Assembly (NCBI GenBank): GCA_964426715.1
Contig: CAYRRQ010000001.1
Location: forward strand, 1-48,108
Source: an uncultured Methanosarcinales archaeon
Lineage (GTDB): Archaea; Nanobdellota; Nanobdellia; Woesearchaeales; SM23-78
DNA length: 48,108 nucleotides
Direction: 5' to 3'
Position numbers and translations under genes: made by a program. The notes under the pieces are model-generated. The model was not told the DNA's origin and made no database searches. It saw nothing but the letters and a program-made list of their open reading frames with translations. Positions within the stretch are counted from its first letter, which is position 1. Every line of letters starts with the position of its first letter. Of this stretch, positions 1 through 8,036 are shown one piece after another.

Positions 1-1683
1 AACCTCTTCCTCGTAGATGGTAAATATCGGGTATCTGCCTCCTCTCCATATTGATTTGTCCTCAAAGCTCTCAGTAATCTTGAACTCCTGGTCTGCAGCA
101 CTTATACAAGAAATCAGGGCGGCCTCATCCACGCCTGTTTCTGAAAGGCATGCCTCTGAATCCCCGTCTCCTAAAAAGCATGTTAAGTAGGAAAGGTACT
201 TGTCTGGCTGCTCCAATTGGATGCAGTACTGCCTGAGTTCCTCGTTAAGTTCTTTTTCACCGTGCATGGCATAATTACAGAACTTTACCTGAAAGTCTAT
301 CTTATCGCCTAACAACTCCACTACAGGTACGAATCCTTTTTCTATCTGGGTTCCGTACGGGCAGTGACTCATCACAAAGAGCTCTACTTCTGAGACTTCT
401 TTTTTCTCCATGCAAATCCATTCTCCCTTGCAGTCATCGTCGTCGCAGTCAACCATGCCGTCATCATTATCATCCACACCATTATCACAGATCTCTGCGA
501 AGGGCTCATAAGTGGCTCCTGTGGCTGCGTCTTTTATCTTGTATTTCTCACCTATCTGCTCAAAGGAATTTCTTACATCTTCTCTCTCCTGCCATATCTT
601 GGTGTTCTGTACTTCCTTGTCAAAGATGAAGGCAGGCACGACTTCTATGCCGTATTCCTCTACTAGCTGCTTTCCTTCCTCGCTGTTAACATCCACTGGT
701 CTGGGCTTGGCCCCCATGAATAATTGCTGGGTTACCTGGACTACGTTGGTAGTGTCGCATGCCTGGCCCTGGCAGTCAGCAGAGTTCAGGATAATGTAAT
801 CAACGCTCACCGGCTCCTCATAAGTGCAATAGGCATCCTGCTCGCCAGGGTTATTGCATATTCCTACCATTCCCTGCTCTTCTGTACAGTCAGCATCGCT
901 GCCGCACTCAGGAATATTCTCGCATGCCTCGTGCTCTACATAGTTGCAAATGGCTCTCTTGAATGAGATCGCGTCTCTCTGACCCTTGTATTGCACGTCC
1001 TCAATGTAGATGGTAGGGCTGGCAGTGGCTTCTCTAACCCTAGTCTGGCTTATGGAGTTTCTCAGAAGATTTATTCCCTCGTCGCTTTCCAGGCAGGCCC
1101 TGATTTCTTCCATGTCCATACCAATCTCCACGGCACACTCCGCCCAGTTAGTGTCCACGTTTGCATAGTCCTTGTTCTGGCACACTATGAACTCCATGTA
1201 CTTGTAATCCTCTGCATAATAACTCTTGGCGCAGAGCTGCACTATGGCTCCCTTGACTTCTTTTTCACCGTGAAGGCTCTGAAACTCACCCTCGCTGGTT
1301 TCCTGGATTATGTAGTTGAGCCTGAAATCAATAGCGTCTCCCATCTCCTCCAATACTGGCAGGAAGGCGTCTTCTACCTGGGTTCCGTAAGGACACTGGC
1401 TCATAACATAGAACTCTACTTTTACCTTGTCCTCATCACTTGTCCTGCCTTCTCCTCTAAGCACCAGGATTAAGATGAGTGCAATTATCACGATTATTAT
1501 TGCGCCTGATATTATTGGATAGAACTTGCCAGGCATAGTCAATTTCTTTTTAGCAGGCTCTTTGCTGGCTGATTCTTTCTTAACTTCATTAACCCGCTTC
1601 TTATCAGGAGCCTTCTTCTTAGCCTCGTATTTTGCTGTTTTTTCCTCTGACTGAACTTTCTTGTTTTTTCCCGATGTCTTCAA
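1..1683 (-). CDS. Membrane-anchored extracytoplasmic thiol-disulfide oxidoreductase-like protein with two tandem thioredoxin-fold (GILT/DsbA-like) modules; C-terminus runs off the left edge
   Basis: Absent from the ORF track because it is truncated. My translation of the minus strand, in the frame that ends at nt 1, stays open beyond nt 1690. It reads ..KKKLTMPGKFYPIISGAIIIVIIALILILVL (TM anchor). Two paralogous modules follow: VEFYVMSQCPYGTQVEDAFLPVLEEMGDAIDF..HGEKEV and VELFVMSHCPYGTQIEKGFVPVVELLGDKIDF..HGEKEL. Between them lie a third thioredoxin-like stretch (..VEEYGIEVVPAFIFD..) and a Cys/Asp motif, ICDNGVDDNDDGMVDCDDDDC. The start is uncertain. TTG 1683 is preceded by the SD-like GGGGGTG at 1690-1696 and would add a ~50-aa Lys-rich leader; ATG 1536 is the alternative. 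Confidence 0.6.
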   Translation of the reverse strand, partial: MKTSGKNKKVQSEEKTAKYEAKKKAPDKKRVNEVKKESASKEPAKKKLTMPGKFYPIISGAIIIVIIALILILVLRGEGRTSDEDKVKVEFYVMSQCPYGTQVEDAFLPVLEEMGDAIDFRLNYIIQETSEGEFQSLHGEKEVKGAIVQLCAKSYYAEDYKYMEFIVCQNKDYANVDTNWAECAVEIGMDMEEIRACLESDEGINLLRNSISQTRVREATASPTIYIEDVQYKGQRDAISFKRAICNYVEHEACENIPECGSDADCTEEQGMVGICNNPGEQDAYCTYEEPVSVDYIILNSADCQGQACDTTNVVQVTQQLFMGAKPRPVDVNSEEGKQLVEEYGIEVVPAFIFDKEVQNTKIWQEREDVRNSFEQIGEKYKIKDAATGATYEPFAEICDNGVDDNDDGMVDCDDDDCKGEWICMEKKEVSEVELFVMSHCPYGTQIEKGFVPVVELLGDKIDFQVKFCNYAMHGEKELNEELRQYCIQLEQPDKYLSYLTCFLGDGDSEACLSETGVDEAALISCISAADQEFKITESFEDKSIWRGGRYPIFTIYEEEV

Positions 1684-1801
1684 ATATAACACCCCCTTGA
1701 CTAACTTAAAGATTAACCTTCAGATTAACCATAAAAGACTTCTTATTATGAACGGGTTAGAAAGCTTATTTAAAAAAGTTTGCTTCTATAAGGCAGATTC
1801 C

Positions 1802-1822
1802 TGAATATTAGCGTCATTAATT
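1802..1822 (-). promoter_or_regulatory. 21-nt promoter-upstream box (minus-strand sense AATTAATGACGCTAATATTCA), copy 1
   Basis: Perfect reverse-complement match to 45348-45368. It lies 24 nt upstream (in gene sense) of the TATA TTTTTTAAATAAG (1765-1777) of the thioredoxin-like gene. Confidence 0.45.
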
Positions 1823-3521
1823 ACTCTGCTCCTGTCTTTCTCCTGCGCTTCTCTTTCCATGACAACACCAGAAGAATCATAATCAGAAGCACAACAGAGG
1901 CCCCTAACAAATAACCCAGGCCGGCAAGGCCCTCCTTGATTCCTGTGCTGAACAACAACGCCTTTCTCAGAACCTCTGAAGCGAGCACATATGGGTTGAA
2001 CTGAATCACGTTGGTAAGCCAGGGTGCCAGGCTTTCCAGGGGCACCACCAGGTTGGAGAGAAACAAGAAGACTGCTGCCAACACTATATCTGTCATAATA
2101 ACCCCTTCCTGTGTTGAGAACAAGTATCCTATGAGCATTCCGAGGAGTATAAAAAAGGTTATGGTAGCAGTCACGATTACCAGGCTCATCAGGGTGTTCT
2201 TGAACAAGTTGATGCTCAGAAAAAGGTTGGCAAGACCTAAGATGATTAACACCTGGAATAACAGGGTTATCAGGCTTGTCAGGAACGTGGTAAGCAGGAA
2301 GAGGCCGCGCCTTGGCGGACTTATCTGGTTCCTGAAAAAAGCCTTGGATTTCTTTTCAAATATTATTAGTGTGCTTGACAGGAGCAGGGCCACGAACATT
2401 ATCATTAGTACGAGCAGGAAGGGAAAGGTAAAGATGGCTTTTGAGTCCTCAGCTGTTATGGGCTCTATGCGGGTGTTGACAGGGCTTACAATGGTCTCTG
2501 CCCTAGTAATAGCTATGCCTTCCAGGGATTGCCTGGTCTGCTCCAGGCGGCTCTCAAGGTTTGAGATAAAAGCCTGCACTTCTACAAGCTTGTCTTTTGC
2601 AGATTCTATCCTGGACTGTGTGTTCTGATTAAGGGCTCTGCTCTGCTCCAGGTCCTCGCCCAGCTCTTCCAAAGACTTGCCAAGGTCAGACAAGGAGTTA
2701 TACAAGCCGGCAAGGTCGTCAGATGTAGAATTGTGCAGTTTCAGGGTGCTATTTATGAGCTCATCCACTTCTTCCTCAAGCTCTGCTGTCTCGTTCTCAT
2801 CCAGGCAGCCGCAGTCATCAATTAGTTCCAATAAGTCATTAGTTTGGTTGATTAAGAGCAGGCTCTGCTCCTGCATGTCTGCCAGGCTCTTATTCAGGGT
2901 TGTAACGTCTTCATCAACATCCAAAATATCAACTCCCATTTCGAGTTTCATGGACTCTGAATATTCCTCTGCCTTGCTCAGGTCAAGCAGCAACAGGTTC
3001 AGCAGGGGCTTTTTCTCCTCAAGCAATAAGAGCTCTGAGCTGACATCTTCCAAGGTCTTGTTAATGCTGGATAACAAGACTTGGGTCAGGGAGTAGCTTA
3101 CTTCTTCTGATTCTAATTCCAGGACTTCAGAAACAGAGTCTATAACCTTGTAAACCAGGTTCATTCTTGAATAATCCACCAGAAACCTTAAATCCTGTGC
3201 TTCCTCTGTAATTGCAAAGCCCTCTGGAAAGACCACACAGGTGTGTATTAGCCCGTCCTCTATCTTCTTAACACATGCCTGCTCGCTCTCAAAGGCATGA
3301 ACATAAAAATCCTGGTTTTGCAGGGCCTGCACAAACGACCTTGTGAGGTTGTTGTCCTCAGGAGAATAATAACCAATGCTCAACTCATAAGATGTCTTGG
3401 TGCTGAAAACCAGGCCCACCAGGAGGATTACTATGAGCGGCCCTAATAAGACTATGAAAGCAGAAGCCTTGGACCTGATTAAGAGCTTAAAATTCTTTTT
3501 TATGATGCTGAACAAACTCAT
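1821..3521 (-). CDS. ABC-2 type transporter permease with a large extracytoplasmic coiled-coil insert (YhgE/Pip-like topology)
   Basis: ORF track, 566 aa. It has one N-terminal TM helix, a ~330-aa Leu/Glu/Ser-rich coiled-coil-like domain, and a C-terminal bundle of about five hydrophobic helices. It overlaps the upstream ABC ATPase gene by 4 nt. Confidence 0.75.
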   Translation of the reverse strand: MSLFSIIKKNFKLLIRSKASAFIVLLGPLIVILLVGLVFSTKTSYELSIGYYSPEDNNLTRSFVQALQNQDFYVHAFESEQACVKKIEDGLIHTCVVFPEGFAITEEAQDLRFLVDYSRMNLVYKVIDSVSEVLELESEEVSYSLTQVLLSSINKTLEDVSSELLLLEEKKPLLNLLLLDLSKAEEYSESMKLEMGVDILDVDEDVTTLNKSLADMQEQSLLLINQTNDLLELIDDCGCLDENETAELEEEVDELINSTLKLHNSTSDDLAGLYNSLSDLGKSLEELGEDLEQSRALNQNTQSRIESAKDKLVEVQAFISNLESRLEQTRQSLEGIAITRAETIVSPVNTRIEPITAEDSKAIFTFPFLLVLMIMFVALLLSSTLIIFEKKSKAFFRNQISPPRRGLFLLTTFLTSLITLLFQVLIILGLANLFLSINLFKNTLMSLVIVTATITFFILLGMLIGYLFSTQEGVIMTDIVLAAVFLFLSNLVVPLESLAPWLTNVIQFNPYVLASEVLRKALLFSTGIKEGLAGLGYLLGASVVLLIMILLVLSWKEKRRRKTGAE

Positions 3522-4669
3522 GGTGTTTCACGCTCTTGCTTTTTCCTGGCAGAGGATTCTTGTCTTGTCCCATCTTCCTTATTTTCATCTTCTCTTCCAT
3601 CCCTTCCTCCTCTTTCTAGTCTTCCTCCCCTTCCTTCTCTTTCTTGTTTTTCTTCTCGTATTTTTTCTTCTTGTCTGCTCCTGCTCTTCTTATCGTCAGC
3701 AGTCATCTTAAGGAATAATTCATCCAGTCCTGGCCTGGAAACATGGATGTCAATCAGCTCCTCTCTCAGAGAGTCAAGCAAATGAAATAACTCGTGCAGT
3801 GCCCTCTGGGGCTCGTCAGAGTAGATTATTAGTTCTGAGCCCTTTATCCTTATGTCAAATACTTTGTTTGAGGGCTTTCTAAGAGCCTTTGCAATCTTGG
3901 AGTAGCTTCCAGGATAAGTCTGGATTCTTATCTGCTGGGAATCAGCGTACTTGGTCTTGAGCCGGGTCGGGCTTGCAACATCCAGTATCCTGCCTTCCTG
4001 GATAATGGCTATTCTTGAGCAAAAGGTCTCGACCTCTGACAAGTGGTGGCTGGCCAGGAGTATGGTAGTGCCTTTCTTGTTAATCTTTTTTACCAGGCTC
4101 CAGATATGCTCTCTCAGCAAAGGGTCAAGGTCTGCTGTGGGCTCGTCAAGTATCAGGATTTCTGGGTCGTGTATCAGGGCGCACGCAATATCTAGGCGCC
4201 TCTGCATGCCTCCTGACAGGTTGCCTGCAAGGACGTTCTCAGATTTTTTCAGGCTCATAAGCCTCATAAGTATTTCTGTGTTGGACTCAAGAGCTTCTCG
4301 TGGCAGTTTGTACAGGGAACCAAAGTATTTAAGGTTCTCCCTGACAGAGAGTTTCTTGTAGAATGAAGGTTCCTGGCTGGCAAAACCAAACAAGGTGCTT
4401 GCAAGCCTGGGATTCTTATAAACAGAAGCGTACAATGGCTTGTCAGGTTTTTTCTTCATAAAATAATCATACCTGAACTTAACATTTCCCTGCTCAGGTC
4501 TCAAATACCCCATGATATTCTTCAGCAGGGTAGTCTTGCCGCTGCCATTAGCGCCTACAAGCCCGAATACTTCTCCCTCCCCAACATCCAGATTGACTCG
4601 TCTGAGAACACGATTCCTTCCAAAACTCTTGCTTAAATGCTGGACTTTAAGAACCGGCTCCCTCTTCAT
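3518..4669 (-). CDS. ABC transporter ATP-binding protein (ABC-2/DrrA-like) with an Arg/Glu/Lys/Gly-rich C-terminal tail
   Basis: Walker A GANGSGKTT, signature LSGGMQRRLDIA and Walker B ILILDEPT are present. The last ~60 aa are low complexity (..QEEKIREEKQEREGRGGRLERGGRDGREDENKEDG..). A TATA-like TATTTAAAG at 4694-4702 lies ~27 nt upstream of the ATG. Confidence 0.95.
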   Translation of the reverse strand: MKREPVLKVQHLSKSFGRNRVLRRVNLDVGEGEVFGLVGANGSGKTTLLKNIMGYLRPEQGNVKFRYDYFMKKKPDKPLYASVYKNPRLASTLFGFASQEPSFYKKLSVRENLKYFGSLYKLPREALESNTEILMRLMSLKKSENVLAGNLSGGMQRRLDIACALIHDPEILILDEPTADLDPLLREHIWSLVKKINKKGTTILLASHHLSEVETFCSRIAIIQEGRILDVASPTRLKTKYADSQQIRIQTYPGSYSKIAKALRKPSNKVFDIRIKGSELIIYSDEPQRALHELFHLLDSLREELIDIHVSRPGLDELFLKMTADDKKSRSRQEEKIREEKQEREGRGGRLERGGRDGREDENKEDGTRQESSARKKQERETP

Positions 4670-4779
4670 AAGAATGACTGATAGGAGTAAAGGTATTTAA
4701 AGTTTGCTTTTGTTTAAGAAGCCTAAGCACAAATTTACAGTGCCAATCAAAACAATTATAAAAACCTCTTTGCTCCCTG

Positions 4780-5193
4780 ATGTTCATGAAGATAACCTTA
4801 CGCACCACCAAGAAGCAGGAACTGATTGACATAACTGAGCTTGTCAACAAGACTGTCAGGAAGAGCAGGGTGAAGAACGGCTTGTGCAATGTCTTTGTGA
4901 CTCATGCCACTGCTGCACTGATTATTAATGAGAATTACGACCCGAATATCTGCATTGATTTTCTTAAGGCAATTAACAAGGCGGTTCCTGAGCACGCAGG
5001 TTACCTGCATGACAAGGTTGATAACAACGCAGGGGCTCATATCAAAGCCGCAATATTAGGTCCTGGAGTCACAATCCCTGTAAGGGATAACCAGCTCAGG
5101 CTCGGAACATGGCAGTCAGTCATGCTCGTGGAGCTTGACGGCCCCATGGAAAGAAACATAGAGGTCAGACTCGTCCTATCTGACTATTCCTGA
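4780..5193 (+). CDS. yjbQ: YjbQ/UPF0047 family protein (secondary thiamine-phosphate synthase-like)
   Basis: Family-typical sequence: ..ELIDITELVNKTV..GLCNVFVTHATAALIINENYDPN..HIKAAILGPGVTIPV..LRLGTWQSVMLVELDGP..R. The TATA ATTATAAAAAC at 4755-4765 fits a leaderless start at the second ATG (4786). Confidence 0.85.
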   Translation: MFMKITLRTTKKQELIDITELVNKTVRKSRVKNGLCNVFVTHATAALIINENYDPNICIDFLKAINKAVPEHAGYLHDKVDNNAGAHIKAAILGPGVTIPVRDNQLRLGTWQSVMLVELDGPMERNIEVRLVLSDYS

Positions 5194-5702
5194 CAGATTC
5201 TCAGGCTTACCTCGACCTGACCGGGATTACGCGGGATTATTGAGAACCCAGATACCTGGTCGCTTCCAGGCTTGCACTGGTTAACAAAGCTTATGTCTGT
5301 GTTCTGCACACTCAGATTATAGTTTAAGCCCCACTCATCCAGGGTTCTGCTCAGCAGGGTATGTATGGTCTGGTTGGCTGCCTGGCAGCTGTTCAGGTCA
5401 TAGCAGTTGATTTGGTGGTAGTCTCTGGCGCAGTCAGCTATAAGTGAGGAGAGAGTGAGGTTATTGCACTCCGCTACATTAGTATTGGTCATGGCAATCA
5501 GGAAGTTGGTCGCTATTTCCTTGTCCATGTACCTCTTTTTTATGTCCTCGCGGGGATTGCCTATCTTGTAAACCATGAATATCATCATAGCTATGATTAC
5601 TATTACCACTATTACTGTGAGTCCTATCATTTCAAGTTGTGCTTTTTTCATGTTCTTCCTGTGTTTCATATTCTCAGATGCTTCTTTATTTTTCTTCTTC
5701 AT
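5184..5702 (-). CDS. Type IV pilin-like protein (class III signal peptide), otherwise unknown
   Basis: The N-terminus ..NMKKAQLEMIGLTVIVVIVIIAMMIF is a basic leader, then K-A-Q, then ~20 hydrophobic residues. The mature part has 6 Cys. ATGA overlap with the upstream gene. An alternative start is the ATG at 5651 (MKKAQ..). Confidence 0.6.
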   Translation of the reverse strand: MKKKNKEASENMKHRKNMKKAQLEMIGLTVIVVIVIIAMMIFMVYKIGNPREDIKKRYMDKEIATNFLIAMTNTNVAECNNLTLSSLIADCARDYHQINCYDLNSCQAANQTIHTLLSRTLDEWGLNYNLSVQNTDISFVNQCKPGSDQVSGFSIIPRNPGQVEVSLRICQE

Positions 5703-6226
5703 TCATAAAGTGTTATTTCCATGACTCCAAAAGCATAGGTGCGGGATAATGGGTTGTAGAGGTTTACAGGCACCCATATTATGTTCTGGTGGCTGGTACT
5801 ACCAGGGTTATTGTAGAGCCTCCAGTAATCCTTTTTATAGGTCTGGGTGTTAGAGGGATATACTTCTTTTACAATTATCTGGGAGTCTCCGAGCAGGTCG
5901 TAGTAATAATTAAAAGCTTGGCTGTCAGTGTGCCTGCTCTTATTGATAAAGTCGCTGAGCACGTTAAGCTTTATCCTGTCAAGGCACACGAACTGCTGGG
6001 CGCCTGAAGCAGAGCATTCTAGTTCTGGCCACGAACTCATCCTGTGAGCCAGTTCTATCACTTCTCTTGCTCTTTGTTCTCTCTGTTTTTCCTTTATAGT
6101 TCCCTCGTGAAACTTGGAGTAGATTACAAATCCGATTACTACGATTACAAGGATCAGGAAGATTACAAATATGGTTTCTGTTGTCTGCAGCTGGGCTTTG
6201 ATTCTTTTCATTTCTCTTTCATTCAT
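5699..6226 (-). CDS. Type IV pilin-like protein (class III signal peptide), otherwise unknown
   Basis: The N-terminus MNEREMKRIKAQLQTTETIFVIFLILVIVVIGFVIY follows the same leader/K-A-Q/hydrophobic-helix pattern as its neighbours. Confidence 0.6.
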   Translation of the reverse strand: MNEREMKRIKAQLQTTETIFVIFLILVIVVIGFVIYSKFHEGTIKEKQREQRAREVIELAHRMSSWPELECSASGAQQFVCLDRIKLNVLSDFINKSRHTDSQAFNYYYDLLGDSQIIVKEVYPSNTQTYKKDYWRLYNNPGSTSHQNIIWVPVNLYNPLSRTYAFGVMEITLYE

Positions 6227-6270
6227 TTCTCTTTTACGTGTCTTGCTTTACAATGATTCCTTAATATATC

Positions 6271-7362
6271 TTAATATATTAAAGGGCATTCTGTTTTGGT
6301 CATTAAATAATTGTTTAGTGATTTAAGATTATTAATAGCGATCAGGGCGGATTTGAAATTGACTATGTTGTCTGTGGGCTTTTCTTGTATGCCCTCTAAT
6401 TTTTTCATGCATTCCTTTGCTTCTTCATAATATTCTTTGCACGTATCCGGCACCTGCTTTGCATACATACTCATTCTCTCCTGGTACAACCTGCTCAGCA
6501 GACTGGTCCTTACAAAAACCTTTTTCAGGTTGCACTCATAGATTTTGTTGTTCCCGCTAATAACCGCGCCTAAAACTGTTGGCAAGTCTAAAAAAACAGA
6601 TTTTCCCTGGTACTCGAATTGTTCTTGTAGCGCATCGTATTCATAAAACCTTATTTCGCCCTGGGTCAGGGAGTCTCCTGATGAAATTATCAGGGCGGCG
6701 GCCTTGTCAGTGTTAAAGCCAGTGTTAAAATTAAGGAGTCTGCCCAGAACGTCGCTAGTGCCTTTATCAGTTTCCTGCATTACAAAGATTGTTTTGTCAT
6801 AATTCTTGTCAGGATAACCAGTAATGCTGCCGCTAATAATGTTCTTGGTGGTGTTGCCTGGCATGCTATTGTATATCAGGCTGAGCAATGACTGCGCCTC
6901 CAAGTCGTTGATTAAGAAGACGTATTCGACATCCTGATTAGTGATATATGTCAAGGATATTATTCTGAAGCCTGTGTTAACGTCTTTGTTCAGGATTAGG
7001 AGTCTCTGCCCGTCAAGAACAGGTGGTGAGAATAGGGCCTGATAATCATACCTTGCGTTGTAAGGTGAGCCCTCTACTGAGTAAGCCGAGTAGGACGTGT
7101 CAGTATCTGCGTCATAGCTGCTTTGAAAGGTTATCTTCTGATCAAACAACACGGTTTTCTGGGTTTGGTCAGCCGCACTGCTTACTCTGAGCAAGTCCTC
7201 TAATTCCTGGGTGCTCTTGGTCTTTTCCTCTTCATCCTGTTTGGCAGTTCTCTCGGTTATGAGACTGAAAAAAAATCCCAGGATTACAACTCCTGCTATT
7301 AATACGAACAACCAGTTGAACTGCATGGCAAAACCTTTTTTTGAAATTCTCGAAATTCTCAT
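6271..7362 (-). CDS. Type IV pilin-like protein (class III signal peptide), 363 aa, otherwise unknown
   Basis: The ORF track extends this to a GTG at 7392, inside the upstream gene. The ATG at 7362 gives MRISRISKKGFAMQFNWLFVLIAGVVILGFFF, a K-G-F cleavage-type motif plus a hydrophobic helix, and starts 5 nt after the upstream stop. Confidence 0.55.
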   Translation of the reverse strand: MRISRISKKGFAMQFNWLFVLIAGVVILGFFFSLITERTAKQDEEEKTKSTQELEDLLRVSSAADQTQKTVLFDQKITFQSSYDADTDTSYSAYSVEGSPYNARYDYQALFSPPVLDGQRLLILNKDVNTGFRIISLTYITNQDVEYVFLINDLEAQSLLSLIYNSMPGNTTKNIISGSITGYPDKNYDKTIFVMQETDKGTSDVLGRLLNFNTGFNTDKAAALIISSGDSLTQGEIRFYEYDALQEQFEYQGKSVFLDLPTVLGAVISGNNKIYECNLKKVFVRTSLLSRLYQERMSMYAKQVPDTCKEYYEEAKECMKKLEGIQEKPTDNIVNFKSALIAINNLKSLNNYLMTKTECPLIY

Positions 7363-7367
7363 TTCCT

Positions 7368-7916
7368 TCACTCGCTTAGCTCCTGCTCCCACCCAGATAT
7401 TATCATAGTTCTTCTGCCCGTTCCCTTGAACAAGAAATTGAACTCTCCACTCTTAGCAGAAAAGCACTTGAAAGGATAATCATTATCTGCTCCTCCTGTG
7501 CTTGACAAGGTGTTGCTCAATGAGACATCATCAGAATAAGCCACGGCTTCTGTGAATTCCCCTATAAAAAAGATGTTGGCAGTGCAGCTATCAACATTAC
7601 TGTAAATCACTTTATCCTCCTCTGGCAGGTTATTTAATCCTGGGCGCGGCTCTGCCTCGCAGTAATCAGAATCTGCAAAGCACACCTCTATTATTTCGCA
7701 CGGTGCTTCCATGACTTCCTGGTGCACGCTGCCCTTGTCAGTGTATTCCTCTATGAATCCGAGCAGATTATTTTCAAAGCTCACTCTCTGGTGTTCGCAA
7801 TTAGCACTTAGAATGCTGCTTATACCTTTATATCCAAAAACTGCTATCACCCCTATGACTAGGATGATTACTATGTAAGTAAAGGCCTGGCTTACTTGGG
7901 CTTTGTTCTGATACAT
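7368..7916 (-). CDS. Type IV pilin-like protein (class III signal peptide), Cys-containing, otherwise unknown
   Basis: The ATG at 7916, preceded by the SD-like GGGGACGGGTG, gives MYQNKAQVSQAFTYIVIILVIGVIAVFGY. The track start at 7922 is a GTG two codons upstream. Confidence 0.6.
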   Translation of the reverse strand: MYQNKAQVSQAFTYIVIILVIGVIAVFGYKGISSILSANCEHQRVSFENNLLGFIEEYTDKGSVHQEVMEAPCEIIEVCFADSDYCEAEPRPGLNNLPEEDKVIYSNVDSCTANIFFIGEFTEAVAYSDDVSLSNTLSSTGGADNDYPFKCFSAKSGEFNFLFKGTGRRTMIISGWEQELSE

Positions 7917-8036
7917 GCACACCCGTCCCCTCTCACTCTTTGCTCTTACGCTTCACTACTCTTTGCGCTTACTACTTTTTGCGCTTGCTCTTTGCTATCT
8001 TACTGGCTCTCTTACTTTTCGCTCTCTTACTTTTTG

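Noticed and set aside
512-1473. Plus-strand ORFs 512..799, 724..966 and 991..1473
   Set aside because: They lie antisense to the long open minus-strand frame encoding the tandem thioredoxin-like protein, which has clear paralogous modules. The plus-strand products are low-complexity and Cys/Leu/Ser-rich with no features.
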